DNA of 64,000 bases from Acidobacteriota bacterium (GTDB taxonomy: Bacteria; Acidobacteriota; UBA890; WLXD01). The notes beneath the pieces were generated by a model, which did no database searches, was not told where the DNA came from, and worked only from the letters and a program-made list of their open reading frames with translations. Positions 27,635 through 37,923 of this stretch are shown piece after piece. The position numbers and the translations under genes were made by a program. The stretch lies in the NCBI GenBank assembly GCA_029263335.1, contig JAJCXS010000263.1:6407-70406 (forward strand), written 5' to 3'. The number at the start of each line of letters is the position of its first letter. Within the stretch, counting starts at the first letter, position 1.

Positions 27635-28606
27635 ATGTGGGATTTTGACATCGGCGAAGCGATGGGAGCGATGGCCAAGACTGCGCCGTTTCTGATCCTG
27701 AGGCTGGTCGTCTATCTTGGGATCGCGATCGGTTATGTCGTCGCCACGGGCGTGGGAGCTGGCCTTGGCGCGGCCTTCGGCCTACTCGGCGGTATCGCTG
27801 GAGGCGGCGCCTTTTGGGGTGGCATCGCGGGCTTCGGGCTCACCAGCGCTGTCCTGTATTGGGCGCGAGAGTATTTGCTCTATTTGGTGAAGGCCGGCCA
27901 CATCGCCGTGCTCGTTGAACTCCACGACGGCAACGAGCTTCCGGCGGGCAGGGGGCAGATCGACTACGCCCAGGGCGTCGTGCGCGAGCGCTTTGTCGAA
28001 GCCTCGGTTCTGTTTGGCCTCGACCGCCTGATCCGCCTGGTGGTGCGCGCTATCAACCGCCTGTTGTTCACGGTAGCGAACTTCATTCCCATCCCGTTTC
28101 TGCGCAGCCTGGCCTCGCTTGCCACCAAGGTAATCAACCTGTCGCTCGTGTACACCGACGAGTTGATCCTCGCGTACAACATGCGCATACGCTCGACCAA
28201 TCCGTGGGCCTCGAGCCAGGATGCTCTGATTCTCTACGCGCAGAACTACCGGCAGATACTCAAGAACGCTTTGTTCCTGCTGTTCATCATGTGGGGCATC
28301 ACGTTCGTGGTGTTCGCGGTCTTTCTGGCGCCCGCAGCGGCGCTGGCGGCGTTTCTGCCCGGCCAGGTCGGCACAATCGGCGTCCTGGTGGCGCTCGTCT
28401 TTGCCTACGCCGTCAAGGCCGCCCTGCTCGAGCCCTTCGCGGTGGCGGCCATGATGCAGGTCTACTTCAGGGCCATCGAAGGCCAGGTGCCGGACGCCGA
28501 GTGGGACGAGCGCCTATCGAAGGCATCCGGGAAGTTCCGGCAGATCAAAGATCAGGCGGCGGGTTGGGGAGGTAGGGGAGCCTCGGCGCCGACCGGTGTC
28601 TCCTAG
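27635..28606 (+). CDS. hypothetical multi-pass membrane protein
   Basis: AGGAGG lies 5 nt upstream of the ATG. It has Gly-rich N-terminal TM helices, a cytoplasmic region and further TMs. No recognised family. Confidence 0.45.
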   Translation: MWDFDIGEAMGAMAKTAPFLILRLVVYLGIAIGYVVATGVGAGLGAAFGLLGGIAGGGAFWGGIAGFGLTSAVLYWAREYLLYLVKAGHIAVLVELHDGNELPAGRGQIDYAQGVVRERFVEASVLFGLDRLIRLVVRAINRLLFTVANFIPIPFLRSLASLATKVINLSLVYTDELILAYNMRIRSTNPWASSQDALILYAQNYRQILKNALFLLFIMWGITFVVFAVFLAPAAALAAFLPGQVGTIGVLVALVFAYAVKAALLEPFAVAAMMQVYFRAIEGQVPDAEWDERLSKASGKFRQIKDQAAGWGGRGASAPTGVS

Positions 28607-28644
28607 GATTCGGCCAACGGGAGGGTGCACAGTGGGGATGGCCA

Positions 28645-29640
28645 TTGGAGGATAGGCCCTTGAAGAGAAGACACGGTGGCGCCCATCGGGCGCGGACGAT
28701 CATCGCTTTCCTGGGGATTCTGATCGCGGCGACGGTGCCGACGTCTCCGGCCGCGCGCGCCAGCTCGACCGCCGGACAACAACTCGACGATCTGCTCGGC
28801 ACCCTCGCGCGTGTGAGCGAACTGTACGGAGACTCCGCGCTGAACTTCACCTGCGTCGAGCGCATCACGCAGACACGGTTTCGGAGTCTTGACCGGATCG
28901 GCGAGCGGTCGAGCCACGCCTTCGACTACTTCTACGTGTTCAATACGGCCGAGGAGGCCGCCGCCAGCGATGGTGCGATTCGGGCCGGGTTACGGGATTA
29001 CCGTACCGAGCCCGGGGTCGCCCTCGATGGCGAGGCCGGCCGGGTTAACCCCTCGGACCTGGGTCTTGCGCACCTGTCGCGAGCCTACTCCTGGATCTTC
29101 GTTTTTGGTGCCGACGCGAGTTCGAGCTATGTCTTCATTCAGGAGCCCGACGGGCGCGCCCAGGGAAAGCCAGCCCACGTCGTCGGGTTCGAGCCGCGGC
29201 AGCCGATTCGTATGGGCCTGAACGACTGGTCGGGGCGGGCCTGGATCGACAAGGAAACCACGCAGCTGCTGCGGGTCGAAGCCGTGACCTCAGCGGAGTA
29301 TCTGGCGTCCGCCGGAGGGCGAGCGGCGAACCGGACCGAGGGCGGACTGAACGTCAGCACGGCCAGCGATCTATACGGCATGACCCATGCCGAGGTGGAC
29401 TTCGGCGAGGAAAAGAACGGTCTGCGGTTCCCGAGCCGGGCGATGCTCACGGGTACGCTGATACGACTCGACGCATCGGACCCTGGCACCTATCGCGAGG
29501 CAACACGCCAGATCCTGGATCGGGGCATCAAAATGAACCGAACGTTTCGGGTTGAGCAGACCTATCGCGACTACAGGTTCTTCAGCGTTCGCACCGAGGC
29601 GGAGGTCCAACGGCGTCTGCGTGACCAAGGGCCACTGTAG
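28645..29640 (+). CDS. secreted hypothetical protein
   Basis: N-terminal signal/anchor (RTIIAFLGILIAATVPTSPAARA). No recognised motif. Confidence 0.4.
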   Translation: MEDRPLKRRHGGAHRARTIIAFLGILIAATVPTSPAARASSTAGQQLDDLLGTLARVSELYGDSALNFTCVERITQTRFRSLDRIGERSSHAFDYFYVFNTAEEAAASDGAIRAGLRDYRTEPGVALDGEAGRVNPSDLGLAHLSRAYSWIFVFGADASSSYVFIQEPDGRAQGKPAHVVGFEPRQPIRMGLNDWSGRAWIDKETTQLLRVEAVTSAEYLASAGGRAANRTEGGLNVSTASDLYGMTHAEVDFGEEKNGLRFPSRAMLTGTLIRLDASDPGTYREATRQILDRGIKMNRTFRVEQTYRDYRFFSVRTEAEVQRRLRDQGPL

Positions 29641-29729
29641 GCCCGGCCGACGTGTAGGGTTGAGGCCGGCACGGCGGATGCACGGAGTACTGAGGCAACC
29701 TGGAACACCGATAGCCAGCGAGCGGGACT

Positions 29730-32060
29730 TTGACACTAACGATCGGCGGACTGTTCGCGCTGCTGGTCGTCATGGTCTACCTGTTTCTCACTGAGAAACT
29801 GCCGGTCGACCTGACGGCCTTTCTGGGGCTCGTCGTCCTGATCTTCGCGGGGTACGTGACTCCCGACGAGGCGTTTCAGGGCTTCTCGTCACCGGCGGTG
29901 ATGACGATGCTTTCGGTCTTCATCGTCGGGGCCGCGCTGCTCGAGACGGGCGTGGCCGACATCATCGGTGGACAGATTCACCGGCTCGTCGGGGACAGCG
30001 AAGCTCGTCTTCTGATTACGCTGATGCTCGTTGCCGGCGTCCTGTCGGCATTCATGAACAACATCGCCGCAGTTGCGGTGCTGATGCCGGCGGTGGCGTC
30101 GCTGGCCCCGCGGGTTGGCCTGTCGCCGTCGCGACTCTTCATGCCGCTGGCCTTCGGTGCCATCTTGGGCGGCACGACGACGCTGGTGGGCACGCCGCCC
30201 AATATCGTGGCCGCGCAGATGATGAGCGACCGCGGCCTGGAGCCCTTTCAGCTATTCGACTTTACGCCGATCGGCCTGGCCATCATGGCGCTGGGCACCC
30301 TCTACATGCTGACCGTCGGCAAACGGCTGCTGCCGGCCGGCACAATTCGTGGGCCCGCCTCTGGCGGTGGCAAGGGACTGGCCGAGATCTATCAGCTGCA
30401 GGACCGACTCTTCTCGCTGCGCCTGCCCGAGGACGCTACCTTGGGCGGACGGACGCTGGCGGAAACTCGTCTCGGCAACGCGCTCGGTTTCAAGGTGCTT
30501 TCGATTCAGCGCGGCAGCGAGCACTTCGTCGCCGAGGGGAGCTCCCAACTTCAGGGTGGCGACGTGCTGGTGGTCGACGGCGATGCGGCGAAGGTGCGGG
30601 AGTTCCTCGGTATGGAGCGGCTCGATGTTCGCCGCATGGAGGTGGACTCGGTCCCGGGTCTGTCGCCGGGCGTCGACGGAGTGCGCATTCGCGTGGCCTC
30701 AGGGGCCGCGATTGCCGGCAATACGCTGCGCGAGCTGGCGTTCCGCAATCGTTTCGGCGTGGTCGTGCTGGGCATCTACCATCGTGGCCAGCTGTTCAGC
30801 GAACATCTGGCGGAGCAGACGCTGAGGGTGGGGGACGAGGTCCTCGCGGTCGGCCGCACCGAGGACCTGGAGCGCTTTGCCGCCGAGCCTGGCTCGGAAC
30901 TCGTTGACCGTGGCCTGATGGCACTGGCGGAGCTCCAGGAGCGTCTGTCCGTGATCCGGGTGCCGGACGGGTCGTCGCTGATTGGCGGGACGATTCAGGG
31001 GAGTCGCCTCGGCGATGTCGTTGGCCTGACCGTCGCCGGCATCGTGCGCGGCGACCAGACGCTCCTCGCGTTGGCGCCCGACGAGACGATTCAGCAGGGT
31101 GATTGTCTGCTGGTGGCGGCCGACCCCACCGTGGTCCAGAGCCTCGGCAGCGCCGCCGAGGTCGAGTTCGGCGATGTCGTTGGCGAGGAATCGCTGGAGG
31201 CCGATGAGACCTCCATGGTGGAAGTCGCGGTGGCGCCGCGCTCGGCGGCCGAGGGTCGCACGCTGTATGAACTCGAGTTCACTCACCGCTACGGTTTGCT
31301 GGCCTTGGCGTTGTGGCGCGGAGGACACCCCGTGCACGCCGACCTGGCCCATGTTGCTTTGCGGTTTGGCGACGCATTGCTGTTGCGCGGCCCGCAGGAG
31401 CGAATACGCAAGCTGGCCTCCGACGCCGACTTCGTGGTGCTCTCCGACACCGATCAGGCGCAGCGACGAACGGGTAAAGCGCCGTTCGCCGTCGGCGCCC
31501 TGGTGCTGATGGTCCTGCTGGTGGCGACCGGTGTGCAGCCCATTCACGTGGCCGCCTTCACCGCGGCATCGCTGAGCCTCCTCGCCGGGGCTCTGACCAT
31601 GAAGGAGGCGTATCGTGTGATCGAATGGCGCGCGATCTTCCTGGTTGCGGCCGTGCTGCCGGTCGGGTTTGCGATGGAACGTTCGGGGGCGGCCGGCTTC
31701 CTGGCCGATACCGTCGCTTCAACGGCGGGCTCAGCGGGCCCGTACGCGGTGCTGGCCGCGCTGATCGTCCTCGCCAGCCTCCTCAGTCAGGGCCTCGATG
31801 GCGCTCCCGCGGTGGTGCTGCTGGCACCGGTGGTGTTCGAAATGGCCGAGCTGCTGCAACTCAGTCCGTATCCGCTGATGATGGGCGTGAGTCTGGCGGC
31901 GTCGGCGGCCTTCATGACACCGTTCAGTCACAAAGCCAACCTGCTGGTGATGGGCGCTGGAGGCTACAGCTCGCGCGACTATCTCAGGGTCGGGACCCCC
32001 CTGACACTGCTGATTCTGGCCATGCTCGTCTTGCTCGTTCCGGTCTTCTTTCCCTTCTAG
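29730..32060 (+). CDS. SLC13/DASS-family anion permease with internal TrkA-C regulatory domains
   Basis: Permease halves (…AVLMPAV…FMTPFSHKANLLVMGAGGYS…) flank TrkA-C-like soluble repeats. Confidence 0.7.
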   Translation: MTLTIGGLFALLVVMVYLFLTEKLPVDLTAFLGLVVLIFAGYVTPDEAFQGFSSPAVMTMLSVFIVGAALLETGVADIIGGQIHRLVGDSEARLLITLMLVAGVLSAFMNNIAAVAVLMPAVASLAPRVGLSPSRLFMPLAFGAILGGTTTLVGTPPNIVAAQMMSDRGLEPFQLFDFTPIGLAIMALGTLYMLTVGKRLLPAGTIRGPASGGGKGLAEIYQLQDRLFSLRLPEDATLGGRTLAETRLGNALGFKVLSIQRGSEHFVAEGSSQLQGGDVLVVDGDAAKVREFLGMERLDVRRMEVDSVPGLSPGVDGVRIRVASGAAIAGNTLRELAFRNRFGVVVLGIYHRGQLFSEHLAEQTLRVGDEVLAVGRTEDLERFAAEPGSELVDRGLMALAELQERLSVIRVPDGSSLIGGTIQGSRLGDVVGLTVAGIVRGDQTLLALAPDETIQQGDCLLVAADPTVVQSLGSAAEVEFGDVVGEESLEADETSMVEVAVAPRSAAEGRTLYELEFTHRYGLLALALWRGGHPVHADLAHVALRFGDALLLRGPQERIRKLASDADFVVLSDTDQAQRRTGKAPFAVGALVLMVLLVATGVQPIHVAAFTAASLSLLAGALTMKEAYRVIEWRAIFLVAAVLPVGFAMERSGAAGFLADTVASTAGSAGPYAVLAALIVLASLLSQGLDGAPAVVLLAPVVFEMAELLQLSPYPLMMGVSLAASAAFMTPFSHKANLLVMGAGGYSSRDYLRVGTPLTLLILAMLVLLVPVFFPF

Positions 32061-32222
32061 AGGGGGCGCTGCCGGGGGGAACTCTTGCACCGGATCAAGA
32101 GGTGATTCACGTCCAGCCGCGGCCGCTGCTACCATGCACCGTGGGCCGGCGCGTGGAGTCTCCGTCCGAAGGCCCGCCCAGCCGCGCCGCCAACGTGTCT
32201 TATAACGCCGAGTAGCCAACCG

Positions 32223-32969
32223 ATGAGCTTCCGCGATGACCTCGAACGTCTCGTACGGTTGCAGGCCGCCGAACTCGAGGTCCGCGACCTACAGGCAGAT
32301 CTCGATGGCCTCCCGGCCGCCCGCGAGGCGTGCCAGGGGCGTGTGCGCGCCGCCGAGGATGCCGTACAGGGCGCCGAGGATGATCGCGACGAGTCGAACA
32401 AGGAGCATCGTCGGCTCGAAGGTAAGTTGCAGGAAGCCGAGGCGCAGATCGACAAGTACCGCGAGCACGAGATGCAGGTCAAGACCAACCAGCAGCTCTG
32501 GGCGCTGCAGGACGAGATCAAGACCGTCCAGGATCGTATCGGCAGAACCGAGGAGGCGATCCTCGAACAGCTCGAGGCCGCCGACACCTTGACCGCGGCG
32601 ATCGGACAGCGCAACGAGGAACTGGTGGCGGCGAAGGCGGAGACCGCGGTCGAGACCACCGAGATCGATGTCCATGAGAAAGAACTGGCGGGCCAGCTCG
32701 AACACGGTCGTGGAGAGGTGCAGCAGCTGCGCGGAGAAATCGCGCCGGACCATCTGGGTCTATACGAGCGCATCGCGGCGGTTCGCGGTGGCGTTGCAAT
32801 TGCCGAGGGCATCGAGGGCAGATGCAACGCCTGCAACGTCCGGCTGCGACCGCAGATCTGGGTGCAGGTGCTCAATGTTGGGGAACCGCAGCAGTGCGAC
32901 GCCTGCAAACGTATTGTTTTCTGTCGCGACACACTGACGCTTCCGTCATCGGTGAGCGTCGACAGCTAG
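32223..32969 (+). CDS. zinc-ribbon coiled-coil protein (COG1579/DUF164-like)
   Basis: A long coiled coil, then a C-terminal C4 ribbon (CNACNVRL…CDACKRIV). Confidence 0.7.
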   Translation: MSFRDDLERLVRLQAAELEVRDLQADLDGLPAAREACQGRVRAAEDAVQGAEDDRDESNKEHRRLEGKLQEAEAQIDKYREHEMQVKTNQQLWALQDEIKTVQDRIGRTEEAILEQLEAADTLTAAIGQRNEELVAAKAETAVETTEIDVHEKELAGQLEHGRGEVQQLRGEIAPDHLGLYERIAAVRGGVAIAEGIEGRCNACNVRLRPQIWVQVLNVGEPQQCDACKRIVFCRDTLTLPSSVSVDS

Positions 32970-33697
32970 GCCAGGGCGATCCCGCTTGTCATTCGTCCGG
33001 CTGCCTCGCCGTCGCGACGGTACGAATGGAATCTCTCGGCCTCGGTGAACGTGCAGCGGTTTGCCAGCCAAATCGCAGCGTCGGGCAGGCCGCAGCTGCG
33101 CAGCTGAAGCGCTGCTGCTCGCCCGAGGTCACACAGCCACGCTGACGGGTTGCCTTGCGCATCGCGCTCCGCCACGCGGAACAGATCCTCGGGCAGCCCG
33201 GTGGCGCGAAAAGCGTTGAACACCTCGGAGCCCACTCGGTATATGGATGGTCCCACACAGGGCCCGATGGCGGCGCGGCAGCGACCAGGCCGGGCGTCGA
33301 ACCTCTCCACCATCGCGTTCACCGTGGTGCCGATCACGTCTGCCGCGATGCCGCGCCAGCCCGCATGGGCCGCACCCACCACGGCTCCGACGGGATCGTG
33401 GATGAGCACTGGCACACAGTCGGCCGTTGCCACCGCGATGCTGATGCCGGGTCGTGCTGTTACCAGCGCGTCACCGGCCGGACGATCGTCGACGGAAGCG
33501 GCGGTATAGCTATCGATCACCGTGTCCGCGCCGATGATGTGAACCTCTTTGCCGTGTACTTGCCGCAGACGGAGCACGGGGTCGGGCAATGCCGAGGTCA
33601 GATGAGAGTGTTTGGTCTCAAAGGCATGTGGGGTGCCAAGCCCGCGCCATTGCAGCAGGGCGTCATGCATTGGCCGAAGGGGCCGCGACAGGGGCAT
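32966..33697 (-). CDS. pgeF: peptidoglycan editing factor PgeF (YfiH/laccase-domain protein)
   Basis: …TADCVPVLIHDPVGAVVGAAHAGWRG… is characteristic of the YfiH family. Confidence 0.75.
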   Translation of the reverse strand: MPLSRPLRPMHDALLQWRGLGTPHAFETKHSHLTSALPDPVLRLRQVHGKEVHIIGADTVIDSYTAASVDDRPAGDALVTARPGISIAVATADCVPVLIHDPVGAVVGAAHAGWRGIAADVIGTTVNAMVERFDARPGRCRAAIGPCVGPSIYRVGSEVFNAFRATGLPEDLFRVAERDAQGNPSAWLCDLGRAAALQLRSCGLPDAAIWLANRCTFTEAERFHSYRRDGEAAGRMTSGIALA

Positions 33698-35339
33698 CGG
33701 CGATCACGCTGGCCCGATTCCACTGATTGGTGAGGGCCGGGGTCCCCGGGCCCACGCGCAGGTGACTCCAGGGGCAGGGCTCCAGGGGATCGCGCTCGCG
33801 CAGGAATTCCTCGAGCGGTGGCCCGCCGCGGTCGCTCCAATCGCGTAGCGCCGCGCTCCAGTCATCGTTCTCGACCCAGATCTCGAGCAAGTCGGCCACG
33901 CGCCGGTCGCCGCGTGACATCACCGCCTGAATCTCGGCCGTGCGTGGGGGCATGGCATCGAGCACGAGATTGGGAATCGCGGCGACTCGTTTGCGCAGCC
34001 AACGAAGCCGCCGACGGTATTCTCTGGCGCTCAGCTGCGGAGCCCACTGAAAGGGCGTGCCGGGTTTGGGGATCAGGCAGTTGATCGACAGCGTGACGGT
34101 ACCGATTCGCCCACGCTGGCGACCCTCCTCGATCATGATCTCGCGCATGCTCTGGCCGAGATCGATGATGGCTTCGAGGTCTTCCTCGGTCTCGCCCGGC
34201 AGGCCAACGATGAAGTAGTTCTTCAGATTCACCGCTCCGGCGCGGAAGATGAGGCGCACCTTGTCGAGAATCTCCTCGTTGGTGATCTTCTTCATCACCA
34301 CCTGCCGCATACGATCGCTACCCGCCTCCGGTGCGATGGTGATGGTCTCCTGGCCAGACTCCACCACGGCCCTCAGTAGTGACTCGCGCAAGGTGGAGAT
34401 GATCAGACTGGGGCTGAATACCTTGAATCCGGCGGCGCGCAGGCGCAGGGCAATCTGCTCGATATCGGGGTGGTCCAGCAGTGCCGTGGCAACCAGGCCG
34501 ATGCGATCGGTGTGTTCGCGCCACGGCATGGTGGCTTGCAGCACGTCGTCGGCGGTGTGTACGCGGAACGGCAGGATTGAGTAGCCGACCCAGCAGTACC
34601 GACAACCCTTCGTGCAGCCGCGTGCCACCTCTGCCGTGATGCGGTCGCCGAACTCGGTGTCGGGCGTCCGTATGGCGGTCACGGCCACGCGCTCGACCCC
34701 TTGCAGCGACGCGCGCACCTTGGTGACGGAACTGGGCGCCGCCGCGATGGGAGTCAGCGCGGCAAATCGCTCGGTACCGGTACCGCTGGCAGCAGCGTAG
34801 CTGTCCTGGTAGAGAGCAGGCACGTAGAAACCTGGCCTTGTCGCCAGGCGGTGGAGCACGTCCTGGCGGGAATCGGCCGCGAAGCAATCGTCGACGAGCG
34901 GCTGCACCAAGTCCTCACCTTCGCCGACGCAACAGACATCAAGAAACGGCGCCACCGGCTCCGGGTTGATCGATACGGCAGCTCCGCCCATCAGCACGAG
35001 CGGCTCGTGCTGTGTGCGGGCCGCGGCGCGGCGCGCCATCCCGGCCAGATCGAGCATGGCGAGCAGGTTGCGATAGTCGTTCTCGAACGAGGCGGAGAAC
35101 GCCAGGAGGTCGAAGTCGGCGACCGGTTGTTGACTCTCCAGCGCGAACAGGCGCGTGCCGGTGCGTCGGTGCTGTTCCAGGTCCGCCGGATCGGGAAGAA
35201 ACACGCGTTCGCAGCGCACGCCCGGAAGGCTGTTGAACAGTCGGTACATCGTGTGGATACCGAGATTGCTCATACCCACGCCATACGTGTTGGGGTAGGC
35301 GAGGGCCACGCGCAGCCGCGCATCCGCTCCCGGATGCAC
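33663..35339 (-). CDS. B12-binding-domain radical SAM protein (TIGR03960-like)
   Basis: Radical SAM Cx3Cx2C (CTKGCRYC). N-terminal B12-binding-like region. Located immediately downstream of ftsZ. Confidence 0.65.
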   Translation of the reverse strand: MHPGADARLRVALAYPNTYGVGMSNLGIHTMYRLFNSLPGVRCERVFLPDPADLEQHRRTGTRLFALESQQPVADFDLLAFSASFENDYRNLLAMLDLAGMARRAAARTQHEPLVLMGGAAVSINPEPVAPFLDVCCVGEGEDLVQPLVDDCFAADSRQDVLHRLATRPGFYVPALYQDSYAAASGTGTERFAALTPIAAAPSSVTKVRASLQGVERVAVTAIRTPDTEFGDRITAEVARGCTKGCRYCWVGYSILPFRVHTADDVLQATMPWREHTDRIGLVATALLDHPDIEQIALRLRAAGFKVFSPSLIISTLRESLLRAVVESGQETITIAPEAGSDRMRQVVMKKITNEEILDKVRLIFRAGAVNLKNYFIVGLPGETEEDLEAIIDLGQSMREIMIEEGRQRGRIGTVTLSINCLIPKPGTPFQWAPQLSAREYRRRLRWLRKRVAAIPNLVLDAMPPRTAEIQAVMSRGDRRVADLLEIWVENDDWSAALRDWSDRGGPPLEEFLRERDPLEPCPWSHLRVGPGTPALTNQWNRASVIADAPVAAPSANA

Positions 35340-35386
35340 GTGGGCCGTCTCTCGCGCCAGCCGAGCCCGAGCTTTGTCGTGGAGCG

Positions 35387-36631
35387 TCAGTCTCGCTGTT
35401 GGCGCAGGAATGCTGGCACCTCGAGGTCGTCCTCTTCGAGGTCGACGTTGGCGAAGCCAGATTCAGCGCCGGAGGTCGCCGGGTCGGCGCCGGTCTCCGT
35501 GAGGAGCGGGTCGTGGCCTGAGGGCGCTCCGTACCCCGGGGCGATGCTAGCGCGCTGCGACAGGACGGAGTCGCGCATGGTCGGGTAGGGCTCGAATCCG
35601 GTGGCGATGACGGTGATCTTCACCTTGCCCTCCAGAGCCTCGTCGATGACCGCGCCGAACAAGATGTTGGCGTCCTCGTCGGCTGCGCTCTGGACGATCG
35701 CGGCGGCCTCGTTCACCTCGTGGAGTGTCATGCCCGGACCACCGGAGATGTTGATCAGCACACCGCGCGCCCCCTCGATGGTTGTGTCCTCGAGCAGTGG
35801 CGAGTGGATCGCCGAGTGCGCAGCTTCGGCTGCCCGGTCGTCGCCATCGCGCAGTGCGGTGCCCATGATCGCCATGCCCATGCCGGACATGACGGTGCGC
35901 ACGTCGGCGAAGTCGAGGTTGATCAGGCCCGGTACGAGAATGAGATCGGCGATGCCCTGGACACCCTGGTGCAGCACCTGGTCGGCGTGCTTGAAGGCAT
36001 CGATCAGCGGCGTCTCGGCCGGGACCGTCGCCAACAGGCGATCGTTGGGTACGGCAATCAGCGTGTCGACGGACTCCTGCAGTTCCTTCAGCCCCAGGTC
36101 CGCCTGCATCATGCGGCGCCGGCCCTCGAAGGTAAACGGCTTGGTCATGACGGCAACCGTCAGCGCGCCCAGTTCGTTGGCGAGCCTGGCGATCACGGGG
36201 GCCGACCCCGTTGCCGTGCCGCCGCCGAGTCCGCCGGTCACGAACACCATGTCCGCCCCTTCGAGCACCTCGACAATGCGATCGGTGTCTTCGAGTGCCG
36301 CCTGGCGACCGATCTCCGGATTGGCACCCGCGCCGAGACCGCGAGTGAGGTTGGCTCCGAGCTGGAGTTTTACGGGCGCAGTATTGGATTCGAGCGCCTG
36401 AAGGTCGGTGTTGGCGGCGATGAACTCGACCCCGTTGAGGCCGGCCATCATCATGCGCGTAATCGCGTTGCCGCCACCGCCCCCGACGCCGACGACCTTG
36501 ATGTTCGCCGTGTGGCGCAGCTCGTCAATGCCGTCGAGGAGATCGTCTATCGGCAGCGAGTCGGACTCATTCGCTCCCAAGGTGAGTCGCGGCGCGTCTG
36601 CCCCGAGATCCGGTTGCCGGTCGTCACTCAT
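35387..36631 (-). CDS. ftsZ: cell division GTPase FtsZ
   Basis: Tubulin signature GGGTGTG. 414 aa. Confidence 0.9.
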   Translation of the reverse strand: MSDDRQPDLGADAPRLTLGANESDSLPIDDLLDGIDELRHTANIKVVGVGGGGGNAITRMMMAGLNGVEFIAANTDLQALESNTAPVKLQLGANLTRGLGAGANPEIGRQAALEDTDRIVEVLEGADMVFVTGGLGGGTATGSAPVIARLANELGALTVAVMTKPFTFEGRRRMMQADLGLKELQESVDTLIAVPNDRLLATVPAETPLIDAFKHADQVLHQGVQGIADLILVPGLINLDFADVRTVMSGMGMAIMGTALRDGDDRAAEAAHSAIHSPLLEDTTIEGARGVLINISGGPGMTLHEVNEAAAIVQSAADEDANILFGAVIDEALEGKVKITVIATGFEPYPTMRDSVLSQRASIAPGYGAPSGHDPLLTETGADPATSGAESGFANVDLEEDDLEVPAFLRQQRD

Positions 36632-36682
36632 GCCATTTCCTCCTGCACCCCTGTTAGCGCCGGACTGGCCGACGTACCACCC

Positions 36683-37921
36683 TCAGAAGAGATCCCCAAA
36701 CCATCGCGCGAAGCGACCCCGGACCCGACGAGCAAACGTCGGATCCTTCAGCTCGAAACGCGACTGTTCCCCACTATTCCTGTGACCGTAGAGCGCTAGC
36801 CCCACCGCCGTCGAATAAACCGGCCCCGATACAACATCCGCAAGCCCGGTTACGCCGCTCGGTACGCCCACTCGTACCGGCAACCCGAACCTCTGCTCAG
36901 CGGCCTCTGCGAGACCTTCGAGCAGTGCGCCACCCCCGGTCAGGACGATACCAGCATGTAGCTCGTCCGCGAATCCGGCGCGACGCAGCTCGTCACGTAC
37001 CAAGTCCAACATCTCCACAGCCCTAGGCCTAAGAATCTCACAAAGTTGGCGCCGAGGCACTAGCGTCGGTGCTCTTCCTCCGATGCCGGCGACTTCGATT
37101 GTCTGATCGGAGGGGACCAGTTCCGACAGAACGGCGCCATAACGCAGCTTGATCCGCTCGGCATCGGGCAAGGGTGTCTTGAGCACGACCGACAGATCGT
37201 TGGTGAAGTTCTCGCCGCCTATGGGAAAGACGGCGGTGTGGTTGACGGTGCCGCCCTGGTAGCAGACTAGGTCGCTGGTGCCACCACCAATGTCCAGCAG
37301 AGCGACGCCGAGTTCGCGCTCATCATGCGAGAGCGCCGCCTCGTTGGAGGCGAGCGACTCGAGCACCACGGCCTGTACCTCGATGCCACCCTTGTTGGCA
37401 CAGGTGACGAGATTCTGGAGGGCCGACACCGAGGCGACCACCAGGTGGAGATTCACTTCGAGTCGCATGGCCGACATGCCAACCGGGTCGACGATGTTCT
37501 CCTGGCCGTCGACCAGGAACTGCTGCGGTAGCAGGTGTACGGCCTCGCGGTCGGCGGGGAGGTCGAGGTCACTCGCGGCGTCGATCACGCGGCGAACGTC
37601 TTCTTCGCTGATCTCGCGCGAGCGCCCTTCGAGGGTGATGGCACCGCGGCTGTTGATTCCACGGATGTGAGTGCCCGTTGCCGAGATCCAGGCGCGGTCG
37701 ACGCTGACGCCGGCCATCAACTCGGCTTCTTCGACTGCGGTCTTGACCGCGGCGACGGTGCTTTCGATGTCCACCACGACGCCCTTTTTCTGGCCCGTCG
37801 AGGGTGCCAGCCCGGCGCCGAGGATCTGCAGGTCCCCGTCGTCGTGAGCCTCGGCGATCACCGCACACACCTTCGTTGTGCCGATGTCCAGGCCTACGAT
37901 GTACCGTTCCAGTCGAGCCAA
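36683..37921 (-). CDS. ftsA: cell division protein FtsA
   Basis: Actin-like ATPase (IVGLDIGTTKVCAV…). Start assigned to the TTG at 37919-37921, which has AGGAG 5 nt upstream. The track ORF extends 5' with no internal ATG. Confidence 0.8.
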   Translation of the reverse strand: MARLERYIVGLDIGTTKVCAVIAEAHDDGDLQILGAGLAPSTGQKKGVVVDIESTVAAVKTAVEEAELMAGVSVDRAWISATGTHIRGINSRGAITLEGRSREISEEDVRRVIDAASDLDLPADREAVHLLPQQFLVDGQENIVDPVGMSAMRLEVNLHLVVASVSALQNLVTCANKGGIEVQAVVLESLASNEAALSHDERELGVALLDIGGGTSDLVCYQGGTVNHTAVFPIGGENFTNDLSVVLKTPLPDAERIKLRYGAVLSELVPSDQTIEVAGIGGRAPTLVPRRQLCEILRPRAVEMLDLVRDELRRAGFADELHAGIVLTGGGALLEGLAEAAEQRFGLPVRVGVPSGVTGLADVVSGPVYSTAVGLALYGHRNSGEQSRFELKDPTFARRVRGRFARWFGDLF

Positions 37922-37923
37922 GC

